Part shown: positions 45,838-54,919 of the stretch, one piece after another
Layout of the letters: every line of letters begins with the position of its first letter
Position numbering within the stretch: position 1 is the stretch's first letter
From: a virus
Direction: 5' to 3' (one strand)
IMG/VR virus record: IMGVR_UViG_3300035670_000101
Coordinates: 29,395 to 93,394 of that record
Length of the DNA stretch: 64,000 nt
The notes under the pieces: generated by a model
Told to the model about the DNA's origin: nothing
The model's input: only the letters and a program-made list of their open reading frames with translations
The model's database searches: none
Program-made: the position numbers and the translations under genes

Positions 45838-46119
45838 ATGAATAGAAAAGACAAAGAGATTAAAGCAATAAATAGGAAGATTAGGAGCCTAAGCGATGTA
45901 AGAAAAAACTATATAATTCGATGTAAGATTATACGTGGTGAAATCGAACCTAGTTGTTTTTACTCTTGTAAATTCTTTATTAGATATAAGAATTGGGGTA
46001 GCAAAAGAAAACATCAGGAACAGATCATGTTGGAAAAAACAATACTGTCTTTAACCTTGACAATCAACTGTTTTGGGAATGAGATTCTAAAATTGAGGGG
46101 AGGTAAATGGCATGTTTGA
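45838..46119 (+). CDS. basic hypothetical protein
   Basis: AGGAG RBS. Confidence 0.6.
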   Translation: MNRKDKEIKAINRKIRSLSDVRKNYIIRCKIIRGEIEPSCFYSCKFFIRYKNWGSKRKHQEQIMLEKTILSLTLTINCFGNEILKLRGGKWHV

Positions 46120-46152
46120 TGCAAAGAACATTTTAATTATTGGAGATTGAAG

Positions 46153-46302
46153 ATGAAGATTAGTGAATTAGTAGAGCTTCTTGAAGAATACAAAGAGAAA
46201 CTAGGTGACGTAGAAGTTTATACTTTAGATTGTGATTACCATAAAGAGATACATGAAGCTAAAGAAGATTGGTACAGTGGTGTTTGCATTGTTATTGAAT
46301 AA
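46153..46302 (+). CDS. hypothetical protein (49 aa)
   Basis: GGAG RBS; MKISELVELLEEYKEKLGDVEV. Confidence 0.7.
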   Translation: MKISELVELLEEYKEKLGDVEVYTLDCDYHKEIHEAKEDWYSGVCIVIE

Positions 46303-46314
46303 AGGAGTTGTATA

Positions 46315-46506
46315 ATGTTTATTGATGATGGAACTATTCACTCATTAATCTCTGATTACTTAAATCAAGAGGAGTGTTTATCTGAAACAGAAATTGTCTC
46401 TGTTGAACAAAATTACATTGATGTTTCTGTTATTGTATGTACTGGTGAATTGGGTAAAGTAAAAAAGAAATATGAGATAAATATTCAATTTAACGAGGTG
46501 TTTTGA
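46315..46506 (+). CDS. hypothetical protein
   Basis: AAGGAG RBS. Confidence 0.7.
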   Translation: MFIDDGTIHSLISDYLNQEECLSETEIVSVEQNYIDVSVIVCTGELGKVKKKYEINIQFNEVF

Positions 46507-46844
46507 TGAAAAAGATTGATGTTTTAAATGTAGATGTTGTTTCAGAAGATTACTTAAAACACAGATTATCTAAAGAGTCCTTCTGGAGTATGCTAAATTT
46601 AGATTGTACTCAAGGTGATTGTAATGGTGATGGTTGTCCTATTAATTATGGCAATGAAACAACAGAAATGTCTCAGAACTATGGTTGTCTACCAGACCCT
46701 CATCAAATTATTAAGATGAGAGCTTTAGAAGGTTTAACTTGGGGTTGTCATGCAAATCCCGACAAACCTTGTGTTAGTGGTGTTAAGTTACTAAAGAGTT
46801 TAGGATTACCGTATAAAGTTTTAGAATTGCAGAAGGTGTGGTAA
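46503..46844 (+). CDS. Cys-rich hypothetical protein
   Basis: QNYGCLP...WGCH...C. Confidence 0.75.
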   Translation: MMKKIDVLNVDVVSEDYLKHRLSKESFWSMLNLDCTQGDCNGDGCPINYGNETTEMSQNYGCLPDPHQIIKMRALEGLTWGCHANPDKPCVSGVKLLKSLGLPYKVLELQKVW

Positions 46845-47107
46845 TGAGTAAAGTGTTTGATATTGATGTTAATGAAATAATTGATGATGAGTTTATGACT
46901 AAAGATGTGTCAGAATTAGTTAAAGGTGATTACTACTTGTTCCATGTAGAACAAGATGGTGATAATTATAAAGCATATTTCTGGAAGGATGGTGTATTGC
47001 TTTGCTCTAGTGGTTGTGGTGAAGTGTTATTTAAACTGGGGTACACTCAAGGTACGTTGCAAGAGTATGTTGATAATCTGTATAATGTAAAGGTGTCTGA
47101 TGATTGA
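46838..47107 (+). CDS. hypothetical protein
   Basis: Operonic. Confidence 0.7.
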   Translation: MVMSKVFDIDVNEIIDDEFMTKDVSELVKGDYYLFHVEQDGDNYKAYFWKDGVLLCSSGCGEVLFKLGYTQGTLQEYVDNLYNVKVSDD

Positions 47108-47291
47108 CAAATACAACTTAGATAAGGTGTTGCAATTAGAAGTTGATTACACTGTAGAGTTTAACTTTATGGTGTTAGAAGATTCCTTAATGGGTATACA
47201 ACATAAGGATGAAGATTTATTGGTGCTATCATGTATTAAAGATATGATCAGTGTTGATTTAATTACAAAGGAGAGGTGGTTGTTAGAGTAA
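47100..47291 (+). CDS. hypothetical protein
   Basis: Operonic. Confidence 0.6.
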   Translation: MIDKYNLDKVLQLEVDYTVEFNFMVLEDSLMGIQHKDEDLLVLSCIKDMISVDLITKERWLLE

Positions 47292-47437
47292 TATATATAA
47301 TTTAATTTTTTATTAAATATTATTGATCAAACCTGTTAATTGATAAAGTTAATGGGTTATTTTTATACCTATTGAATTTTAATGTGAAAATTGCTATAAA
47401 GGATGATTAAGGTATTTTTTAAACAGGAGAGTTTGTT

Positions 47438-48130
47438 GTGTCGTTTTACGAGGAAGATTTCTATTCCCTTTTTGATTCAAGAGGGTTTTTAGCTAAAGAG
47501 AAGGATTACGAATGGTTTGACAAATCATTGATGAGTGTTGGTAAAGGTTATATTGTTTATTTTATGAAATATGATAACGAGATAGTATATATTGGTTCAG
47601 GACAACCTGATAGACCAAAAGACCATTTACAAGGTCATAGTAATGTAAGGTTTTTTAATCGTATGAAACAGAAAGACAGAGAACAGTTCCTCTCTTACGA
47701 TATTGTTAAAACTTTCAACAGTCAGGATATGAGTTTATTCTATGAATCTTTCTGTATCCGTAAATTCAAACCTCCATTCAATAAACTAATGACTTGTCCT
47801 GATGATATGGTTGATGTATTTCAGAAAAGATTCTCCCATCAAGAGGGTTTTACAGAGATCGGTTTTGATGATAAACGATATAAAGCCCACTTATTAAACT
47901 GTTGTGGTTATTCTCAGAAGATTATCTGCAAAGTTTTAGATTATTCAGAGAATACTTTAAGTCGAGTTCTTAAACGTGAATACGAGAATGAGGGTATTGT
48001 GTGCCCATTTGAGTATGTTGGTTTAGATCGAAACATCAAAGTTGATCACGACTTGTTTAAGTATTTTAAAAAAGAGAATGAGGATATTATTAAGTGTGCT
48101 GATTCATATGATAGTATTTTATTTTGGTAA
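47438..48130 (+). CDS. GIY-YIG nuclease with C-terminal HTH
   Basis: IVYF...IVYIGSG..R...H, E..I..FKPPFN; GYSQKIICKVLDYSENTLSRVL. Confidence 0.7.
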   Translation: MSFYEEDFYSLFDSRGFLAKEKDYEWFDKSLMSVGKGYIVYFMKYDNEIVYIGSGQPDRPKDHLQGHSNVRFFNRMKQKDREQFLSYDIVKTFNSQDMSLFYESFCIRKFKPPFNKLMTCPDDMVDVFQKRFSHQEGFTEIGFDDKRYKAHLLNCCGYSQKIICKVLDYSENTLSRVLKREYENEGIVCPFEYVGLDRNIKVDHDLFKYFKKENEDIIKCADSYDSILFW

Positions 48131-48145
48131 TTTTTAAAATAACAC

Positions 48146-48174
48146 TTGCAGGGGGTGAAATGTTATATCATAAT
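48146..48174 (+). promoter_or_regulatory. promoter of the tRNA/ncRNA cluster
   Basis: TTGCAG-17-CATAAT. Confidence 0.55.
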
Positions 48175-48283
48175 GAAAGTATAGAGACAAGGAAGTTACA
48201 CACTTCACTCTAAACAATTACTCCCTGTCATGAGATTAACTTCCACATGGGATAACGTGGCTACTACGTGAAGTGGCAATTAA

Positions 48284-48357
48284 GCTTGTATAGTTAAATG
48301 GTATAACATCGGTTTTGTAATCCGAAGTTTGAGGTTCGACTCCTTGTATAAGCACCA
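48284..48357 (+). tRNA. tRNA-Thr(UGU)
   Basis: Acceptor GCTTGTA/TATAAGC plus ACCA, D-arm, anticodon loop TTTGTAA, GGTTCGACTCC T-arm. Confidence 0.92.
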
Positions 48358-48384
48358 ATTTAATAAAATATTAAATTATATTAA

Positions 48385-48529
48385 CATAACATCATGCTCA
48401 GGTTGTAGATTTTCGTAGTTCATGGTTAAGTAAAATGGTAGCTCCAGATGAAAATACTATGGCGTTAGACTGATCACCTATACGTGAAATACTGCGAATA
48501 TTGGAGTTCGATTCTCCAGTGATGTTATG
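48385..48529 (+). ncRNA. tRNA-like RNA with expanded anticodon domain and no CCA
   Basis: T-arm TGGAG-TTCGATT-CTCCA, D-like GCTCAG..GTAGA, closing stem CATAACATCA/TGATGTTATG. Confidence 0.6.
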
Positions 48530-48560
48530 ATTAATGTGATTATAAATTTAGAGAGATAAC

Positions 48561-48659
48561 ATGAGAACATTAACAACTTGGGAGAAAGTAACCATCTGGG
48601 TTTTAATTGCCTCAGTATTATTTTACTCAATTTACCCGTATTATATTTTCTTATTTTAA
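48561..48659 (+). CDS. 32-aa single-TM peptide
   Basis: GAGAG RBS; MRTLTTWEKVTIWVLIASVLFYSIYPYYIFLF. Confidence 0.45.
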   Translation: MRTLTTWEKVTIWVLIASVLFYSIYPYYIFLF

Positions 48660-48838
48660 GAACAAGATTCAGTACTTATCAAATTAACGTTCTGAATTAC
48701 GATTACTCCTAGCAACCTCACACATAGTACACACATCGAATAAAATAAGCCTTACATAATGATTATAAAGGTAAGTCAGTGTACGATTCTCCTGTGTTGT
48801 GAGTGTTGTGTTTTTATTCTAAATGCAAGGGCAATACA

Positions 48839-49093
48839 ATGTTTGAAATGAAGATATATGTTTCTCATTGGTGTTCTCCTTGTACTCAAACAATTAAGTA
48901 TCTTGATAAGTATTATCCTTACATGAAATATTTAGTTGTTGATGTTGATGAATCTCCAGAAGAAGGGAAGAACAACAAAGTTAAGAATGTTCCAACAATC
49001 TGTTTAGAATCTCAAGGAATAGAGATTGAAAGACATGTAGGTTTCTCTAAAGAGGTTTTGGACATGTTGGTGTTTAAGAGTACGCTTTATTAA
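48839..49093 (+). CDS. thioredoxin/glutaredoxin-like protein
   Basis: WCSPC, VDVDE, VPT. Confidence 0.85.
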   Translation: MFEMKIYVSHWCSPCTQTIKYLDKYYPYMKYLVVDVDESPEEGKNNKVKNVPTICLESQGIEIERHVGFSKEVLDMLVFKSTLY

Positions 49094-49229
49094 GCGGTAC
49101 ACTCTACTGAGTGACCTTTTATGCTATAGAATGGATACAATTGGTGACAGGGGATGTCATCCTAACGATAGTTTACGAATTACACACTTTCCTGTAGACT
49201 ATCATGTTTACATAAAGAGGATAAGTGTT

Positions 49230-49595
49230 TTGATTAGTGAAAGTATATTATGTTTAGCAATGGTTGTATTTCGGGAAAGCAGGTCTGAACCTATAAGTGG
49301 TAAATTCGGAGTTGCTGAGGTCGTACATAATCGTAGTAAGCACCCTGACTACCCCAATACATATTGTGGTGTAGTTAAACAGAAAGGTCAGTTTTCTTGG
49401 TATAAAGGTTCTAATTCTTTGAAACCTCCTAAGTATGAAAAAGAAGCTTGGGATGAGAGCGTTAAAGTAGCTCGGAATTTTTATACAAATAAAACGAATT
49501 ATACAAAAGGAAGTCTTTACTTCAACCATCAACGTCTTGGAGTACGTTTCCAAAAGACATTGAAGGTTAAGATTGGTAATCACGTATTCTTTTAA
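49230..49595 (+). CDS. SleB-like cell wall hydrolase (Hydrolase_2)
   Basis: CLA.VVFRESRSE, VAEVVHNR, YP.T.CGVV.Q..QFSW, IGNH.F; GAGG before TTG 49230. Confidence 0.9.
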   Translation: MISESILCLAMVVFRESRSEPISGKFGVAEVVHNRSKHPDYPNTYCGVVKQKGQFSWYKGSNSLKPPKYEKEAWDESVKVARNFYTNKTNYTKGSLYFNHQRLGVRFQKTLKVKIGNHVFF

Positions 49596-49697
49596 TACAC
49601 TCTGTGAGTTCCCTTGCTTTTAGCAATAAACATAGAGTAGGTTTGATGTTATCCGTTCTGATCAATAAAAACATCAATAAATATTTCAGGATGCCTT

Positions 49698-49716
49698 TGG
49701 TGTCCTTTTTGTTTGT
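49698..49716 (+). terminator. intrinsic terminator
   Basis: aggatgcc-ttt-ggtgtcct followed by T-tract. Confidence 0.7.
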
Positions 49717-49752
49717 TTGGAATTAAAACTTTTTATTTTTAGGATGTAAGTA

Positions 49753-50082
49753 ATGAAGAGTCCGACATTCTCACCTGTTTTTGCATCAATGTATTGCAGT
49801 CTGTGTGAGATAGCTAGGGAAAACGGTTACGCATTAACAGTACATGGTACGATGAATCTTGACTTTGACCTAGTTGCAATCCCGTGGACAGACAATGCTG
49901 TTGATTCAAAAGATTTAGTGCAAAACCTTGCAGAGCACTTAAACATGTTTCTTGGTGTTGCTTTTGAGAAGTTTCACCCCGAACCAGAATTAAAACCTCA
50001 CGGAAGATTGTCGTGGGTTCTGTATTTTGGTAATCATGCGTATATTGATTTAAGCGTTATGCCTAGAATAACAGAAAATTAA
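49753..50082 (+). CDS. conserved hypothetical protein
   Basis: GYALxVHG...DxDLVAxPW...KPHGR. Confidence 0.8.
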   Translation: MKSPTFSPVFASMYCSLCEIARENGYALTVHGTMNLDFDLVAIPWTDNAVDSKDLVQNLAEHLNMFLGVAFEKFHPEPELKPHGRLSWVLYFGNHAYIDLSVMPRITEN

Positions 50083-50099
50083 AGTGGGATATAAATAAA

Positions 50100-50498
50100 A
50101 TGGCAGATGAACTAGATAAAATTAAATCAGGACAGCCTGTTAAAGATTACTCATTAAAAACCCTTAAAGCTAAATCCAACCCATTAGTTGCTAAAGCACT
50201 AGCTGTTATGGAAGAGTTTATGGATGACCCTAAAGTAAGCCTCAAAGATAAAGCTGCTATGGGGATGAACATTGTTAAGACACACATTGTAATCTTAGAC
50301 AAGGAAGAAAAAGCCGACTTTCAAAAGATTCACAAGCAAAATGCTGTACTTAAAAACAATCAACTTATACGTCAAGAGCTTGAAGCTGAACACGGTGAAG
50401 GGTATAAGAAGTTAACTGATGCTGAAGAAAACGCAGATATGGATTTAGATATTTACGGGGATTTTGGAGCGATTGACTTCTCAAAACCCGTCAACTAA
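50100..50498 (+). CDS. putative terminase small subunit
   Basis: Position immediately upstream of terL; helical. Confidence 0.45.
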   Translation: MADELDKIKSGQPVKDYSLKTLKAKSNPLVAKALAVMEEFMDDPKVSLKDKAAMGMNIVKTHIVILDKEEKADFQKIHKQNAVLKNNQLIRQELEAEHGEGYKKLTDAEENADMDLDIYGDFGAIDFSKPVN

Positions 50499-50507
50499 GG
50501 AGTTGTA

Positions 50508-51983
50508 GTGAGTGAAGTTTTAAACCCATTTAAACCAAGTAGTCCAAAGCAAGCAGCTTTCTTACAATCAAACTCTTTCTTCACAGTATACGGTGGAGCA
50601 ATGGGATCAGGGAAGACCTATCAAGGACTCCTAAGATTCCTTCGTTGGTGGAAAGACCCTAATTTTGTTGGTGTTGTTGTTCGTAAAAACGCAACATTCT
50701 TAAAACAAGCTGGTGGCGCATTTGATGAAGCTTGTGAGCTTTATAAAAAACTTGACCCTAAATGTTTAATCACAAAACAGCCGATGGTTATCAAGTTCTC
50801 TACAGGTTCTAAAATCTTCTTCACAGGTTACGATGGTCAGGCTGGTCGAGATGCCTTTCAGGGTATTCAGGTATCAGCAATCATGATTGATGAAGGTACT
50901 CAAGTAAGCGAGGAAGATGTACTCTGGATGATGAAACGTCTTCGTGGTAGAGCGAAGATGGATAAGAATATTTGGGTAACTTGTAACCCTGATCCAGACT
51001 CTTATCTGCGGAAGTGGATTGATTGGTACTTATACCCAAAAGAGCACCCTCATGCTGGTCGCCCAGACCCTTCAAAAAGTGGTGTTGAGCGTTGGTATTT
51101 AATGATTGGTGGAGAGATCATCTGGGGACAATCTTGGCAAGAGCTGTTTGATACGCATCATGTTCGTATGGGTAAAAATACTAGCGGACAATGGAACTGT
51201 AATCCAAAGAGTTTTAGATTCATTGGAGCTACGTGTGAAGACAACCCAATCATGTTGCGTGATAACCCTGACTATGTAGGTACTTTATTAGCACAATCCC
51301 CTGTTGAGGTTGAAAGACAGTTCTTCGGTAATTGGGATGTTAGACCTGAAGATAGTGGCTACTTTAAACGCTCTTGGGTAACTATGCTCAACCCTCACAG
51401 TAAAGATGACATGTCCTATCGAAAGGATGTTGTTAAGCGTGTTCGGTGTTGGGATTTAGCTTGCACTCTTCCTAGTGAAAAGAACCCAAATCCCGATTTT
51501 ACTGCTGGTGTCTTAATGGCTAAGACAAAAGATGGTCGGTTCATTATCGAAGATGTTATTCAGGTTCGTAAACGAGAAGGTGAGAACGTTGATTTTATTA
51601 TTAGTGTTGCTAAAGAAGATGCTAAGAAGTTTGGTAATGTTCAAACATATCTACCTCAAGACCCTGCTGAATCTGGAAAGAGTATTAAATTTCAAAGAGC
51701 TAAAGAGTTTGCGAATGCTGGTGTTTCTGTACGCTTTATCAAGGTAAGTACCAAAAAAGGTAAAATTGATAGATTCCTACCATTCTCCGCTTCTGCTGAA
51801 AACGGTATTGTCAGTGTTTTGGTTAATAACGACTGGAACGATATTTATTTTTCTGAACTCGAAGCCTTCGATGGAGTTAGTAGACGTATACATGACGATA
51901 TGTGTGACTCAACTTCTGATGCTTTTAATACCTTAGCAACAACTAAAGAGTATAAAAAACTTAACTTAGCCCTTATAGGATAA
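50508..51983 (+). CDS. terL: terminase large subunit
   Basis: GGAMGSGKT, MIDEG, TCNP, WDLA, DFTA, HDDMCD. Confidence 0.95.
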   Translation: MSEVLNPFKPSSPKQAAFLQSNSFFTVYGGAMGSGKTYQGLLRFLRWWKDPNFVGVVVRKNATFLKQAGGAFDEACELYKKLDPKCLITKQPMVIKFSTGSKIFFTGYDGQAGRDAFQGIQVSAIMIDEGTQVSEEDVLWMMKRLRGRAKMDKNIWVTCNPDPDSYLRKWIDWYLYPKEHPHAGRPDPSKSGVERWYLMIGGEIIWGQSWQELFDTHHVRMGKNTSGQWNCNPKSFRFIGATCEDNPIMLRDNPDYVGTLLAQSPVEVERQFFGNWDVRPEDSGYFKRSWVTMLNPHSKDDMSYRKDVVKRVRCWDLACTLPSEKNPNPDFTAGVLMAKTKDGRFIIEDVIQVRKREGENVDFIISVAKEDAKKFGNVQTYLPQDPAESGKSIKFQRAKEFANAGVSVRFIKVSTKKGKIDRFLPFSASAENGIVSVLVNNDWNDIYFSELEAFDGVSRRIHDDMCDSTSDAFNTLATTKEYKKLNLALIG

Positions 51984-51992
51984 CGATAACAG

Positions 51993-53483
51993 ATGGCAAC
52001 ACAACAAGAGAAAGAGAAGGGTAAAGTACCATCTGAAATTGGAACTACAGGTGTTTATTCAAAGAACATCGGTTCATATTTCGATGAGGGTATTAAAGAC
52101 TTAACCTTTCCACATTCATTAGATACATACGACAAAATGGCAATGGATGTAACAATTGCTTCAGCTTTGAATGCTGTTAATGTTATTGCTAGTCGTGTTC
52201 ACATCTATGTTGAGTCTTATGATCAATCTAACATCCACAAGAAACGTGCTGAATTTGTCATGCAATGCTTAAAGGATTTAGATGATGGAGAAAGTTTAGA
52301 GAACATTGTTCAAAAGGCTTTAACTTTAAATAAATATGGTTTTTCCATTCTTGAGAAAGTCTTTCGTAGACGTAGACATAAGTTTGGCAGTAAGTACGAT
52401 GATGGGAAGATTGGTATTAAAGCACTCCCAATGCGTAACCAACACAGTATTAGTGGTTTTAAGTGGGATGAGAACTTCCGTAAAGTAGAGGGGTTGTATC
52501 AGGCTAATAGACCTAAACCTCCTTCGTATTACAACTACTTTGCTAATAACATTAAAAACCCTTTACTGTTTAAACCCACAGAGAATGATACATTCATTCC
52601 TCGTAATCGCTATCTTCACTTTAAAGCTGACTTATCTAGTGATCTTCCTGAAAGTGTTTCTCCTTTATACGCCTGTTACGGTGGTTGGAGAGAACTTCAA
52701 AGACACAAGGATATGGAAAACATTGCAGCATCTAAGAACATGAATGGTATCTTAGTTGGTCGTATTCCACAAGAGTACCTTGCTGCTGATGCTGATGAAG
52801 ATATGCGTAAAGCTGGTGACATTGTTAAAGGTAGTCTTAGTAAGCTTGCAGTAAATGAGCAAGCAGCTATTGTCCTTCCATCTACACGCTCTGATGATGC
52901 ACATGGTTCTTTAGATTGGGATGTTACAACATTACAGTCCTCTAGCTCTCATGTCACTTCAATCTCAGACATCGTTAAGCGTTTACAGAATGAAATCTTA
53001 CAATTGATGTTTGCTGACATTCTACGTTCTGGTGATGAAGTTACTAACGTTTCTAAGAACAAGAAAAGTATGCTGAACATGCTTGTAGAGACAAGAGTTC
53101 AAGAAGTATTACGAGTTCTTAATAATGACTTGATTCCAGAGTTATTCAGACGCAACGGATGGGATGATTCAAAACTACCTACATTACGTTATGGTGAGCT
53201 TGAAGAAGTAGATATGGCAGTATTTGCTAAAGCAATGCAGCAACTTAAAGCAACTAAACTTATCCCTGTTACTCCTAACGTTATCAATCGTGTTCTTGAG
53301 ATCATGGGATTCACTTATCGTGTTCCTGATGATATGACTAAAGAAGAACTTGATGAGATTCTCGGAACGAATGATGATGATGATTCAAGAAGTGGAGATG
53401 GACTTTCTAAAGGCTCAGGTAACGGTACGTCAGATAATGTTTCAGAAGCTGATCCTAACGCAAACAATTTAAATAAAAACTAA
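51993..53483 (+). CDS. portal protein
   Basis: EIGTTG, YGFSILEKV; follows terL. Confidence 0.88.
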   Translation: MATQQEKEKGKVPSEIGTTGVYSKNIGSYFDEGIKDLTFPHSLDTYDKMAMDVTIASALNAVNVIASRVHIYVESYDQSNIHKKRAEFVMQCLKDLDDGESLENIVQKALTLNKYGFSILEKVFRRRRHKFGSKYDDGKIGIKALPMRNQHSISGFKWDENFRKVEGLYQANRPKPPSYYNYFANNIKNPLLFKPTENDTFIPRNRYLHFKADLSSDLPESVSPLYACYGGWRELQRHKDMENIAASKNMNGILVGRIPQEYLAADADEDMRKAGDIVKGSLSKLAVNEQAAIVLPSTRSDDAHGSLDWDVTTLQSSSSHVTSISDIVKRLQNEILQLMFADILRSGDEVTNVSKNKKSMLNMLVETRVQEVLRVLNNDLIPELFRRNGWDDSKLPTLRYGELEEVDMAVFAKAMQQLKATKLIPVTPNVINRVLEIMGFTYRVPDDMTKEELDEILGTNDDDDSRSGDGLSKGSGNGTSDNVSEADPNANNLNKN

Positions 53484-53492
53484 GGGGAAATA

Positions 53493-54902
53493 ATGGCTAA
53501 ACGATCATTAGCTCATCTTTCAAAAAAGGTGTTTAATACGCCATTGTTTATTACTCAGGAAGGTTTAGCTCCAATTGCTGAATACTTCGCTGACCCTGAA
53601 CGAACAATGAAGTTAGCACAGTTTGAAACAGATGTTGAAGAAACACAATTGATGCGTAGCGACTTCAGTGATGAAGAAACTTATCGTCAGTACAAATTAA
53701 AACAACTTGGTGTTAATCCTGAAACAATGGTTGGTACTATTGATATTAAAGGTGCGCTTGTCAACCGAGCTGGACAAACCCAAGCATGTGTTGAGTTAAC
53801 ATCTTACGAGAAGATTAAATCAACATTTGAATCTCAAGTTGCGGAGGGTGTGAAGACTGTGGTCTTCATGCAAGATAGTTCAGGTGGAGAAGCTTATCGT
53901 TTATTCGGCACTTCAAAAGCTATTCGTAAAATGGCAGATGATAATGGTGTAAAGATCATTTCCTATATTGATGGGCTTTCAGCGTCTGCGAGCTACGGAC
54001 TATCCTCTATCGCTCATGAAATCGTTGCTAACCCAGCAAGTCGTGTTGGTAGTGTTGGTGTTGTTATTCAACTCTATAATGATTCTAAGATGCTAGAGAA
54101 TATCGGTATTGAGCGATCATTTGTTTATGCTGGTAAAAACAAAATTCCTTTTGCTAAGGATGGTTCTTTCACAGAGGACTTTATTTCTGGTTTGCAAAAG
54201 AGTGTAGATAAAAGTTATACACAGTTCACAAAATTCATTGCCACAAATCGTAATATGACGGTTGAATCGGTAGTTGAAACTAATGCTCAAGTATTTGATG
54301 CAGATGAAGCTTTAGAAATTGGTCTTATTGATAAGATCATGGAAATTGAAGATTTCGATCTTTACATGAAGGGCATGATAAATCAATCAAAAGAAAACAC
54401 AATCTCATATGAGGAAAATATGACAGACGTTACAAAAAACGCTGGTGGCAATGACGATGTTACTGCACAGCTAACAGAGCAACTTAATGCTGCTCAACAA
54501 ATTGTTACTGAGAAAGAGGGTTTAGTAACTGAACTAACTACTCAGAAAGAACAACTTGAAGGCAAGTATTCTGAACTAGAAAAACAACTATCAGAACTAC
54601 AAGGTGCTAAAGAAGCACTGGAGACTGAACTAACCAACATTAAAGCTGATGCTCTACAATCAGAACGTAAAGCTAAGTTGGAATCTGTTCTTGGTTCTGA
54701 AAATGATCAAGTTGCCACTTTACTAACTACTACAGCAGGTCTTGAAGCTACAGCATTTGATGCAATTGTTTCAGCACTAGAAGCTAAAGTTGAAAAAGAA
54801 GATAAAGAGATGGAAGAGCTTGGTAATTCAAACGCTAAGAAAGCTACTACTCCATCATTCAATGATATTCTTGCTGAACGCATGAAAGCTAAAAACCAAT
54901 AA
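53493..54902 (+). CDS. S49 prohead protease fused to scaffold
   Basis: DSSGGE, SASASYGL, VGSVGVV; coiled-coil C-terminus. Confidence 0.9.
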   Translation: MAKRSLAHLSKKVFNTPLFITQEGLAPIAEYFADPERTMKLAQFETDVEETQLMRSDFSDEETYRQYKLKQLGVNPETMVGTIDIKGALVNRAGQTQACVELTSYEKIKSTFESQVAEGVKTVVFMQDSSGGEAYRLFGTSKAIRKMADDNGVKIISYIDGLSASASYGLSSIAHEIVANPASRVGSVGVVIQLYNDSKMLENIGIERSFVYAGKNKIPFAKDGSFTEDFISGLQKSVDKSYTQFTKFIATNRNMTVESVVETNAQVFDADEALEIGLIDKIMEIEDFDLYMKGMINQSKENTISYEENMTDVTKNAGGNDDVTAQLTEQLNAAQQIVTEKEGLVTELTTQKEQLEGKYSELEKQLSELQGAKEALETELTNIKADALQSERKAKLESVLGSENDQVATLLTTTAGLEATAFDAIVSALEAKVEKEDKEMEELGNSNAKKATTPSFNDILAERMKAKNQ

Positions 54903-54919
54903 TTAAAGGATAAATATAA

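Noticed and set aside
48385-48529. Ochre suppressor tRNA explaining the internal TAAs
   Set aside because: A TTA triplet is present but not in a canonical 7-nt anticodon loop, and there is no CCA end
48385-48529. tmRNA
   Set aside because: Far too short; no Ala acceptor identity, CCA or tag reading frame
49131-49229. N-terminal extension of the SleB-like hydrolase
   Set aside because: No RBS at 49131; domain homology and a GAGG RBS point to TTG 49230
50090-50097. T4-type late promoter TATAAATA before the terminase genes
   Set aside because: Not repeated ahead of other structural genes; expected by chance in AT-rich DNA
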